Below are positions 42,098-53,322 of a stretch of 64,000 bases of DNA, in pieces (the stretch's first letter is position 1; each line of letters begins with the position of its first letter). The notes beneath the pieces were generated by a model. The model saw only the letters and a list, made by a program, of their open reading frames with translations. It made no database searches and was not told the DNA's origin. Source of the DNA: Eledone cirrhosa (Eukaryota); NCBI GenBank assembly GCA_964016885.1, contig OZ024740.1, positions 58,342,001 to 58,406,000 on the forward strand. Reading direction: 5' to 3'. Made by a program: the position numbers and the translations under genes.

Positions 42098-44617
42098 AAA
42101 TACCCATAATCTGCTTCAAAGAGTGCCTCAACAGTATTAAATGCTTTATTAAACAGTGCCATTCTAGCAACATACTTTTGATGGGAGACTTTAATCTACC
42201 CTGTGTCTATTGGTCTACATGTAGTTTGAAAACAGGCTCCACAGCCTCAACCACTGACAAAGAGGCTGTCGAGTCACTTCTTGACTTCATGAATGAGTTT
42301 TTCTTGTCCCAACTTGTCCTTGCTTCAACGAGGCATCAGAAGAACATTCTGGATCTAGTGTTTAGTAACCACACTAACACTATACATAATATTACAGTGG
42401 AAAAAACCCTTCTCTCAGACCATGACATGGTTCATTGTAACCTGAGATTCCACCAGCCAAAAGCTAATCCCAGGATCCTCTCTCCAGCCCACCCATTTGA
42501 TAACATGGATCTCTACAATGCCAACTGGGATGCAATTATGAACGAACTATCACATGTCGACTGGTCTTTTACACACGCACACACATCCACCAACATCAAA
42601 ACATCTTGGCAGATCTTTGTAGACACTGTCACAAATATATATACAAAACACACCCCACCAAAACCTGTGAACAAAACCAAGTGCAGTATCCCCCAAAATA
42701 GAAAAACAATTATCAGAAAAATAAAAAGAACAAACAAAAAAATTAACACACTAAAATACGGCCAACAGCAACACACACATTAAATGTCTATCACCCTGCT
42801 TGAGTCAAACAAATATAACCTCCAGCAATGCATGATGACCATCATCAATAACCAGAGAATAGCTGAAGAGAGGTGGGCCATTGAGAAAATCAAACTCAAC
42901 CTCAAAGTGTTCTTTTCATTTCCTAAAAAACATAAGGTCACCATGTCCACCATTGACCCCTAGTTGATGAAAATGGCACACTCCAGGACAATACCAAAAC
43001 CATGGGCATGATACTGCAAAACAATACTGCTCTGTTTTCAGCAACCCTGATATGGCCGATCTGGGCCGTATCAGTGATGTTAATCGCCAACACACTATAT
43101 CAGACATAACGTTTGGCGCCCTCTGTCCCAGTCCGTTGTCCCAGTCTTCAAAAAGGGAAATAAGTCCCTTGCAGTGAACTACTGTCCGATCTCACTCACC
43201 TCTCATATTATCAAGGTATTTGAGAGGGTGGTGAGATCATGAATAATCCACTTTGTTGAAAGCAACGGCCTGCTGAACTCCAACCAACATGGGTTCCGTA
43301 ATGGAAGGGACTGCTTAACGCAGCTCCTGCATCACTTTGACGATCTTTTGAGAGCCTCGGGAGAGGGCTCCAACACTGATGTCATCTACCTTGACTTCAG
43401 CAAGGCCTTCGACAGGGTTGATCATAAGATTCTATTGAAAAAATTATCCAATGTTGATGTCTCTGGAAGGTTACTACAGTGGATCAAATGTTTCCTGACA
43501 GGCAGAACCTAGCATGTTGTAGTTGAAGGAGTAAAATCAAGCCCTGCCAAAGTCAGCAGTGGCGTACCACAGGGCACTGTGTTGGGCCCACTTGTTTTCA
43601 TCATCTACATTAATGACATTACTGACATCATTAAGCACAGCAACATCAGAATCTTCGCAGATGATTCCAAGCTCCAAAGGGTCATCAATGAGGTGGGTGA
43701 CCGGACTTGCCTTCAGTCAGACCTACTGGTTGTTATCCAATGGGCAGAAATGAATAATATGCTGTTGAATGAGGATAAATTTGAATTAATCCACTTTGGA
43801 AAAAAGGAAGCCCTGAAATTACCATACTCTCTTCCTTCGGGTGAAAGTCTAGTGACATCCAATAACATCAGAGACCTGGGAGTAATTGTGGACAACAACA
43901 TAAGCTGGGCCACTCATATAAACAGCAAAGTTGATATGGCCCGCAGAATGTGTTCCTGGATTCTTAGAACATTCCAGTCGAGAGATATCCACACTGTTAT
44001 CCTTCTCTTCTCCACTTTTGCCCGACCCCACCTTGAATACTGTTGTCCACTATGGTCACCCCACACGAAACAAAGTATCATGAAAGTTGAAGCACCCCAA
44101 AGGTTAATTACAAAAAAGATAGATGGCATGACAGGGCTTGACTATTGGAGTTGATTAGAAAAGCTCAAACTTTATTCTCTCCAACGTCGCCGTGACCACT
44201 ACATTATCTGTATGATGTGGAAAATATTCCGTCAGCTTTGCCCAAATGATGTTGGCATCACCTTTAGTTTACACCAAAGGCTTGGGCAGCGTGTTATCCG
44301 CCCACGACAAAAATCTCACTCGCAATCACATAACAACAATACGGCACAATTATTTCACCTCAATTGGCCCTGCACTCTTTAACATTACACTAAGACACAT
44401 CAAAGGAGAGACAGACCCCATCAAGTTAAAGAAGTCTTTGGATAAATTCCTTCAAGGAATGCCGGATAAGCCTCCTACACCCGGATATGCATCCGTAAAC
44501 AATAACTCTCTACTCGATTGGGCCATGGTGCCCAAACTCTGATTTGTAAGACTTCGCCAGGTGGTGCTAATAAGTTAGACATGGCCTGGGCCAATACTGG
44601 CCGAAACCTATCAAAGT
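42098..44617 (+). mobile_element. CR1-group LINE, internally deleted and disrupted
   Basis: APE C-half (MGDFN, ILDLVF, SDH) and RT (YLDFSKAFD, GVPQGTVLGP, FADD, RDLG, HLEYCCPLWSP), with a PTPGY-type C-terminus. Confidence 0.9.
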
Positions 44618-44632
44618 ATATATATATATACA

Positions 44633-45183
44633 TATTTATTAAAATAACAGATTAAAGTTTAAGCAAAGAATCGCTGCTTTCACCCTTAACGGGATCTTCT
44701 GAAACTAACAAAGTCAATCTGTAAACGCAGAACTGGATATTTCAAAAAACGTTGCAACCGGAGGAAGACAGGAAGATGATACTTTGGTTCGTGGTAACGT
44801 TCGCTGGCAAAGAACGGGAAAAAACGAATAATACGTCATTAATAGGAGCGGTGAAAAACAATTACGCGCAAAGACAGAACCACGTTAATGGTATAAAAGA
44901 TGTCGTAGACTAATGTTCTCTTAGGTGGTGCATAGAGACGTTCTCTGGTAATGAACGAAAAAACGAAGATAATAAGTCATATGCGGAGCGTGGAGAACAA
45001 TTGCACGCAAAGACAAAACCACGTAAATGGTATAGCAGAAGTCGTAGACTAAAATTCTAACTACGTTTTTTGAAATATCCAGTTCTGCGTTTACAGATTG
45101 ACTTTGTTAGTTTCAGAAGATCCCGTTAAGGGTGAAAGCAGCGATTCTTTGCTTAAACTTTAATCTGTTATTTTAATAAATAT
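44633..45183. repeat. ~120-bp inverted repeats around an internally duplicated spacer; pLTR/MITE-like
   Basis: 44633-44752 versus 45063-45183 are near-perfect reverse complements; the spacer has diverged direct repeats at ~44790-44915 and ~44938-45052. Confidence 0.85.
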
Positions 45184-45292
45184 TTGCTCTACGGTTCTTA
45201 TATATTTGATATATATTTTCCTTATCGAGCCCTCTTTGGATTTAGTCTTCAATTTTATTATTATTACTATATATATACATATATATATATTC

Positions 45293-45373
<81 letters not shown>

Positions 45374-45494
45374 AGGTGAGTTTTATTGTAGTACAGTAAA
45401 GCAATGCAGATATCAGATAAGAAGCACTCTACAGTTTGTAGGACTGGAGTATACATAATATATAAGATCAAAAGATGGTTAAAAGAGTTCCATG

Positions 45495-45565
45495 TATTTT
45501 ATTATGCGCATTTCAAAAACAAATATCATCATGCAATAACATTTGTGTTTTCATCAGATAAAATA
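45495..45565 (-). ncRNA. Type I hammerhead ribozyme (family H2), intact
   Basis: TATTTTAT-CTGATGA-AAACACAAATGTTA..TGATATTTGTTTTT-GAA-ATGCGCAT-A-ATAAAATA; perfect 8-bp stem I; palindromic stem III. Confidence 0.88.
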
Positions 45566-45681
45566 GGAAGACATGCTATGAAGGTTAAAAACACTTGTGG
45601 ATAGTGCAGTTTTAAATCAACATATGTTGATTTAAAACTGCACTATCCACAAGTGTTTTTAACCTTCATAGCATGTCTTCC

Positions 45682-45752
45682 TATTTTATCTGATGAAAAC
45701 ACAAATGTTATTGCATGATGATATTTGTTTTTGAAATCCGCATAATAAAATA
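45682..45752 (+). ncRNA. Type I hammerhead ribozyme (family H2), stem III variant ATCCGCAT
   Basis: Mirror copy within the palindrome; one substitution in stem III. Confidence 0.8.
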
Positions 45753-45760
45753 CATGGAAC

Positions 45761-45802
<42 letters not shown>

Positions 45803-45926
45803 ATATATATATACACATATATATATATATACACATACATATATATATATATATATACATGTATATATATATATATACATATATATATGTATATATATAT
45901 ATATATATATGAATATATATATATAG

Positions 45927-45959
<33 letters not shown>

Positions 45960-46002
45960 CTTTGATAGGTTTCGGCCAGTATATATATATCTGTATATAT
46001 AT

Positions 46003-46238
46003 ATCATCATCGTTTAACGTCCATATTCCCAGGTTTTCCTGGGTCTGCCTACTCCGTGGCTACCATCTATCTTTATTGCCCTGCACTTTGTTATACAGCT
46101 GTCGTCTTTCATGCACATCACGTGACCATACCAACGTAGCCTTCTCTCGAGTAAACAACATCTGATCCCTCTTATTTCTAATTTTTTCCTTAGTTCGTTT
46201 ATGCTTTGCCGTTCACGTATATTACTATTACACATCCA
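46003..46238 (-). mobile_element. RTE family B 3' fragment with most of the 3' UTR deleted
   Basis: WMCNSNIRERQS...GRPRKTW, then a (GAT)n tail. Confidence 0.85.
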
Positions 46239-46269
<31 letters not shown>

Positions 46270-46310
46270 TATAGTATATATATATATAGTATATATATAT
46301 ATATACTATA

Positions 46311-46960
46311 TATGCTCCGATGGATGTGTAACCATAATATACGTGAACGACAAAGCATAAAGGAATTGAGAGAGAGACTGAGCATAAGAGGAATCAAATG
46401 CTGCGTGCAGGAGAGGCGGTTACGCTGGTATGGACATGTGATGCGTATGAAGGATGACAGCTGCATAAAAAGGTGCAGAGCACTAGAAGTTGATGGAAAC
46501 CGCGGAGTGGGGAGACCCAAGATGACTTGGGATGAGGTGATAAAAGCCAACCTTACCCAACTACACCTCTCAAAGTCAATGACACACGACCGTGACTTCT
46601 GGCGTCACGCAGTAATACAGGGTACCCGACCTCCCATGGGTACATGCTGAAGCATATAAACAATATGCCCCCACTCCCCCCACCGCAAGGTGGTCGTGGA
46701 GGTGCCACGGCAAAAAAGCACCCAGCCCACACTGTAAAGTGGACGTGTAGGCGCCACGAAAAAGCACCCAGCACTCACTGTAAATGAGGTTGGTGTTAGG
46801 AAGGGCATCCAGCTGTAGAAATCAAGCCAGATCAGTTCCTGTATGAGCAAGGCATGGTCAGCCGACCAGACACTGCCCACAACAGGACAACCCGTCTAAC
46901 CCATGCTAGCGTCGAAGAACGGACGTAAAACGGTGATGATGATGATGATGATGATGATGA
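46311..46960 (+). mobile_element. RTE family A 3' fragment
   Basis: Highly similar to 24986-25618; (GAT)n tail. Confidence 0.92.
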
Positions 46961-46964
46961 TATA

Positions 46965-47000
<36 letters not shown>

Positions 47001-47018
47001 CATACATATATATATATA

Positions 47019-47199
<181 letters not shown>

Positions 47200-47352
47200 C
47201 GAAGGAAATGTGGTAAGGAACCAGATGGACCATAACGCACCAAAGTACTCAATACTTAGGGTAGTAGAGTGGGTAATAGGAACAAGTAGGACCCTGATGG
47301 CTGAGCTCAAGCCGTTTCGAGAGCTAATTCTGGACAGAATTGTTCATATATT

Positions 47353-47395
47353 GTGAAAGTTCTTTCGCCACACATTCTGTGACCTCTTCAGTCAC
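47353..47395 (-). ncRNA. Minimal hammerhead ribozyme (family H3)
   Basis: GTGA-CTGAAGA-G-GTCACA-GAATG-TGTGGC-GAA-AGAACT-T-TCAC. Confidence 0.7.
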
Positions 47396-47433
47396 TGAAG
47401 AGGTCACAGAATGTTTGACGTAAGAACTTTGAC
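47391..47433 (+). ncRNA. Minimal hammerhead ribozyme (family H3), core mutated GAA>GTA
   Basis: GTCA-CTGAAGA-G-GTCACA-GAATG-TTTGAC-GTA-AGAACT-T-TGAC. Confidence 0.6.
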
Positions 47434-47712
47434 AATATATGAACAATCATCTGGTTGTGGAACCAACCAACCAACCGGAAATTTATAAATTCTTAAATTT
47501 ATAAATTTAATTCATAATAAATTGAAGTGACACAACTGGTGCGTGTGTTTTTTATTGGCAACATGACCTTCCCAAAGCATAACAATATCGGTTTCAACAT
47601 ACATTTTCAGATAAAGAATCTTGCTAAACAAATTCAGAAACGAAATATATATATATATACATACAGATATATATATATATAAAATGATGATGATGATATA
47701 TATATATATATG

Positions 47713-48955
47713 TATACCCTGGGTATGTCCATTAAACTACATCCAGTGGCAAGGCTCCAGTTCGGAAGTTCAAGAGCTGTGGGGTAATGTGGAGTTACCC
47801 CTTAGTTGTCTTAACTCCCAGGTCGGCTCTGGCCCGAAGTAGTAGTACCTGTTAGGGCCCCATTTATGGGTTAAATAACTACCTTATTCGAGTGGTACCT
47901 GTAAGTTATTGTCAGCCATTGAAAAGAAATATGGAGAGTCTATCTAACAGCACTAGGGTTAGAGCCCCTAATTACACTGTCAAGGAGCAGTCTGGTCGTT
48001 ATGACTTTGCTGGCTTAGAAGGGAGGGCCAGTGGATGATGGATCAGCTGTCTCTGAGACAAATATAAAGAATGCAGTTTTGTCCTGCAGAAGAGCCATCA
48101 AAATGGGCACTTTGAATGTGAGGACTATTCGGACGCTGGAGAAGAGAGAGTAGTAGGAACATCTGTTCGAGGATGTAAACAGATATCGGATACTGAATTT
48201 GCTGACGACATAGATTTGGTGACAAATACAATGAAGGAGGCAGAGGATTTGATGCAGGAGGTTGAGACTGTGTCGATGAATGTGGGGCTGAGAATGAATG
48301 AGACTAAAACAAATATCTGGTAGAGAATGTTGAGAAGCCAGAGGGGATCACTAATTTAGGCGGGGAGCCGCTAGAATTGGTTGAGGGCTTCCTGTATTTG
48401 GGAGCAAAGATTGGGAATACAGAAGATGATGTGGTTGAGAGGAAGAGCAAAGCCTGGGCGGCGTGCCACAGCTTGAGATCAGTGTGGAAGTTGGACCTTC
48501 GTAAAGACCTGAAAATCCGGCTCTTCATTGCTGTAGTTGAGTCTGTGCTGCTGTACGGGTCTAAGACTTGGACACTGACCAAGAAACTCACTCAGATAGT
48601 GGATGGGTGCTACATAAGAATGCTAAGGATGGCTCTGAACATTAATCAGTATACACTGAGGATGAAAAACTCAGAGCTGTATGGGAGCCTACCAAAAGTC
48701 AGCTCAAAAGTGACACAGAGGAGACTGAGGTTAGCTGGATATGTTCACCGACATCCAGAGTTGACATTGCACTCAGTGATCCTGTGGGAGCCCCTACATG
48801 GACACACTGGAAGAGGAAGACCAAGGTTAACGTATGTTGATGCCCTAAGGACAGACACTGGTCTGTTGGAGATGCAGGACATGGCAGCGATAATGAGGGA
48901 CAGAGACCGCTGGAGGAAACTCGTCCATGGATCTCGAGAATTTTACCCGCGCTAG
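47713..48955 (+). mobile_element. Internally deleted RTE-group LINE (third family)
   Basis: Putative 5' UTR, APE start GTLNVRT (~48105) joined almost directly to EFADDI (~48195), then FLYLG, VESVLLYG, LRLAG, GRPR. Confidence 0.8.
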
Positions 48956-48975
48956 AAATATATATATATATACAG

Positions 48976-49006
<31 letters not shown>

Positions 49007-49073
49007 TATATATACACACATATATATATATATATACACGTACATATATATATATATACACACATATATATAT

Positions 49074-49116
<43 letters not shown>

Positions 49117-49142
49117 TATACACATAAATATATATAATACAT

Positions 49143-49523
49143 AGTAAAACCTACTACAGTCAGTAGGCATCTCTAACAAAATACACCCCGTCCCACCACC
49201 ACCACCCCATCCACACTACCCCCTTCTATGTAAAGTTATGTTGGTGCCACATCATCCAGGCCGAAACAAATGAGATCGTGTAGGTGTCACGACAAAAAAA
49301 ACACACAGTCCACGCTGTAATGTGGCCGTGTAGGCAACACGGTAAAAACCTCCCAGACCCACACTGTAAATGTGGTTGGTGTTAGGAAGGGCATCCAACT
49401 GTAGAAAACCTGCCAGACAGTCCTATGCGAGCAAGACAATCACTCTTGCCTCAAGTGGGACTACCCCCGTCCAAACCCATGCAAGCGTGGAACACGGACG
49501 TTAAGCGTTGATGATGATGATGA

Positions 49524-49526
<3 letters not shown>
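49143..49526 (+). mobile_element. RTE family B 3' UTR only
   Basis: Matches 59305-59680; (GAT)n tail. Confidence 0.88.
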
Positions 49527-49580
<54 letters not shown>

Positions 49581-49589
49581 TATATATAC

Positions 49590-49623
<34 letters not shown>

Positions 49624-49639
49624 AGGTATGTATGTATAT

Positions 49640-50030
49640 GTACATACATATATGTATACAGACGTACAGTAGAATGTATATATATACATACATAAACACA
49701 TATATATATGCACGTATCGGTTTACCGAACATTTATCATAATGCTAGGTTTGTTTGTTTGTAAACAAATAAGCAGCCTGAATTACGCCGTACAGAGTTTA
49801 GGCAACCACGTCACCTTTTTGTTCAACACTGACACAGGAACGATGTACTAGTTTCAAGCTTATTAGCTATCGTCAGTTTCGGGCTGTTTGTTTGTTTACA
49901 AACAAACCGAGCATTACAATAAATGTTCGGTAAACCGATATGTGCATGTATATATGTGTGCATGTATGTATATATATATACATACTACTGTACGTCTGTA
50001 TACATATATGTATGGTTGTATACATACATA
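49640..50030. repeat. Fold-back element with a hammerhead core in its loop
   Basis: Arms TATCGGTTTACCGAACATTTAT..AATGCT and AGCATT..ATAAATGTTCGGTAAACCGATA, plus outer ATACAGACGTACAGTAG/CTACTGTACGTCTGTAT. Confidence 0.8.
49841..49880 (-). ncRNA. Minimal hammerhead core (family H5); stem I not paired
   Basis: CTGACGA-T-AGCT-AATA-AGCT-T-GAA-ACTAGT-A; palindromic stem III. Confidence 0.6.
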
Positions 50031-50091
50031 CTTACAATTAAGTAAGTGCCGTACTAAGAGTGAGAAATGAAATTTTGTTTCATTCTATACC

Positions 50092-50162
<71 letters not shown>

Positions 50163-50244
50163 CATACATATATATATATATATATACATTGTTTCCTCGG
50201 TCCGATTTAATGAAAGTCGATCGATCCTTATCTTATATATATAT

Positions 50245-50576
50245 GGAGGCACATGGCTTAGTGGTTAGAGCATTGGCCTTGCAATCGAAAGGTTGTGAGT
50301 TCAATTCTCAGACCGGGTGATGTGTTGTTTCCTTGAGCAAGACACTTTATTTCACATTGCTCCAGTTTACTCAGCTGTAGAAATGAGATGGTAGGACTCG
50401 GGTCCATATCATTCCACTGCAGAGTGGTCGTGGTGGTGCCACGGCAAAAAAGCACCCAGTACTCACTGTAAATGAGGTTGGTGTTAGGAAGGGCATCCAG
50501 CTGTAGAAATCAAGCCAGAATCAGTTCCCATCCCACCCTTGCAAGCAAGGAAAAGCGGACGTAAGATGAAATGATG
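50245..50576 (+). mobile_element. tRNA-derived SINE with RTE-family-A 3' tail
   Basis: A box TGGCTTAGTGG, B box GAGTTCAATTC, CCTTGAGCAAGACAC body, 3' part matching the RTE 3' UTR at ~25363-25513. Confidence 0.9.
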
Positions 50577-50588
50577 CTATATATATAT

Positions 50589-50641
<53 letters not shown>

Positions 50642-50687
50642 TATATATATATATACACTGCAAAGTGAAAATATATATACATATATA

Positions 50688-52829
50688 TCATCATCATCAT
50701 CATCATCACCGTTTTACGTCCGTACTTCCACGCTAGCATGGGTTAGACGGGTTGTTCTGTTGTGGGCAGTGTCTGGTCGGCTGACCATGCCTTGCTCATA
50801 CAGGAACGGATTTTGGCTTGATTTCTACAGCTGGATGCCCTTCCTAACACCAACCTCATTTACAGTGAGTGCTGTGTGCTTTTTCTTGGCGCCTACACGT
50901 CCAGTTTACAGTGTGGGCTGGGTGCTTTTTTGCCGTGGAACCTCCACAACCACCTTGCGGTGGGGGCATATTGTCTATGTGCTTCAGCTTGTACCCATGG
51001 GAGGTCGGGTACTCTGAATTACTGCGTGACGCCAGAGAAAACGCTCGTGTGCCTTTGAGAGGTGTAATTGGGTAAGGTCAGCTATTATCACCTCATACCA
51101 GGTCATCTTGGGTCCTCCCACTCCGCGGTTTCCATCGACTTCTAGTGCTCTGCACATTTTTATGCAACTGCCATCCTTCATACGCATCACATGTCCATAC
51201 CAGCACAACCGCCTCTCCTGCACACAGCATTTGATTCCTCTTATGCTCAGTCTCTCTCTCAATTCATTTATGCTTTGTCGTTCACGTATATTACTGTTAC
51301 ACATCCATCGAAGCATGCAGGCTTCGTTTCTCTCTAATCTACGTAAGTCTTCCACCTTCAGCGCCCAGGTCTCACTACCATGCAACATTGTTGTTCGGAT
51401 ACACGCATCATACAGTCTGCCTTTCATTCTGAGGGAGAAGCCTTTTGCAGCTAGCAGTGGTAGTAGTTCCCTAAACTTCTTCCATCCCGTTCTTACCCTA
51501 GTTATTGTACTTTCTGAACACCCACCTCCGTTGCTAATTCTGTCACCTAGGTAGCAGAAGCTGTCTACTGTTTCTACAGAGCCCTCCCAGAGATTGGTGG
51601 TACTTGTTTCCCGTGGCTGTTTGCTGCTTGCTGTCCCAGCACAGCTGCTGCATGTGAAGCCTACATTCTTAATTAAGCTTCCCGAGATCCCGCTACATCT
51701 CTTGTGTACCCATTGTTTGCATTTGGGGCAGAGAATGGAGTTCCTACCTACACCTTTCCTACATACTGAGCAAGGCCATTTCCCTGAGAGGATCTGGGTT
51801 CTGCTTTCTCGTCTACTTACAAGGACCTTAGTCTTTGTCATGTTGACTTTGAGACCCTTTCTTTCTAGTCCCTGCTTCCAAGTTTGGAATTTCTTCTCTA
51901 GTTCTACCATAGATTCAGCTATGAGTGCGAGGTCATCAGCATACAGGAGTTCCCATGGGCATCCGGTCTTAAACTCCTCCGTTATTGCCTGCAGGACTAT
52001 GATGAACAGAGGGGCTAAGAACAGAGCCCTGGTGGACCCCAACCTGTACGCTAAATTCCTCGTTATACTCATTGCTAATCCTAACTTTGCTGACTGCTCC
52101 CCTATACATGGCTTGTACCGCTTTCACAAGCCATTCATCTAGTCCTAGTTTTCTAAGAGCCCACCAGATTACAGCACATGGAACTCTGTCAAAGGCTTTC
52201 TCAAGGTCGACAAATACCAAGTAGAGTGGCTTACTTTTAGCTAGGTACTTTTCCTGTAACTGCCTCACAAGGAGAGGGCATCAGTAGTGCCTCTTCCTGG
52301 TACAAACCCAAATTGCATCTCGTCTATTTTAACCCGGTCCCTAATCAACTGTGCTATAACTCTTTCTGTTACTTTCATGACCTGGTCCATCAACTTTATA
52401 CCTCTATAGTTTCCTCTATCTAGTGTATCACCTTTACCTTTGTAGCAGTTGACAATGATGATACTGCACCAATCTTTTGGTATGACACCTTCTAGTATTA
52501 CCTGGTTAACAATACGTGTGGTTATAGTGTGACCTACAGACCCAGATGCCTTCAGCATCTCGGCAGCTATACCCAATGGACCGGTTGCCTTCCCCATCTT
52601 CATATCTTTGATTGCCTTACTTACTACGCTGCTGCTGACTTGTACTGCTGGCCCCACTATAGGATCTACTTGGGGTAGGGTCTCTTCCCATGCATTCTCC
52701 TCATTTAGTAATCTATCATAATGACTCTTCCATGCATCTTTCTTCTCAGCACTTGTGAGGGCAAGCTCACCTTTATCATTCCGGATACACTTCTCTCCAA
52801 TGACATCACAACTATCTCTGACACACTGC
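50688..52829 (-). mobile_element. RTE family A, 5'-truncated, frameshifted
   Basis: ORFs 52265-52846, 51969-52268 and 50984-52072 match the 23431-25209 proteins; (GAT)n tail. Confidence 0.95.
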
Positions 52830-53220
52830 ACAGTTGAAAATTGCAAACTTCACTGTCACCACACATTATGAACCTGAAGATTGCGAAAGCATGAAAGTAC
52901 TTGTTCAATTAACGCTTAACATTTAATATTCTACCATACTATTTCATTCTAATACCATTATAAATTTTAACGGATTGTAAATAAAACGAGTAATTCAGAC
53001 AAAGTTGAAATTCCTTTTATTAATATAATCTTCTATACACAATCATACACACCAGTGTATATTTATCTATCTATATATATATATATGTATATATGTAGGA
53101 GGTGAGTTTTATTGTAGTACAATAAAGCAATGCAGATATCGGATAAGAAGCACTCTACAGTTTGTAGGACTGGAGTATACATAATATATAAGATCAAAAG
53201 ATGGTTAAATGAGTTCCATG

Positions 53221-53291
53221 TATTTTATTATGCGCATTTCAAAAACAAATATCATCATGCAATAACATTTGTGTTTTCATCAGATAAAATA
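53221..53291 (-). ncRNA. Type I hammerhead ribozyme (family H2), intact
   Basis: Same sequence as 45495-45565. Confidence 0.88.
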
Positions 53292-53322
53292 GGAGGACAT
53301 GATATGAAGGTTAAAAACACTT

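Larger units (their letters stand above)
45371..45767. mobile_element. ORF-less palindromic pLTR of Penelope-like element 3
   Basis: 288-bp palindrome 45480-45767 centred on CATATG, one mismatch; nearly identical to 53097-53352. Confidence 0.93.
47200..47645. mobile_element. Composite ORF-less pLTR unit with back-to-back hammerheads
   Basis: 47200-47335 resembles the element-2 terminus (37704-37845); an inverted repeat spans ~47338-47447; 47447-47645 belongs to the 5343/41238 family. Confidence 0.75.

Noticed and set aside
44583-44612. GGCCA-ATAC-TGGCC-GAAAC as a hammerhead
   Set aside because: Lacks the CUGANGA strand; better explained as the LINE 3' stem-loop.
50245-50320. Functional tRNA gene
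   Set aside because: A and B boxes are present but it continues into a SINE body and tail, in three dispersed copies.
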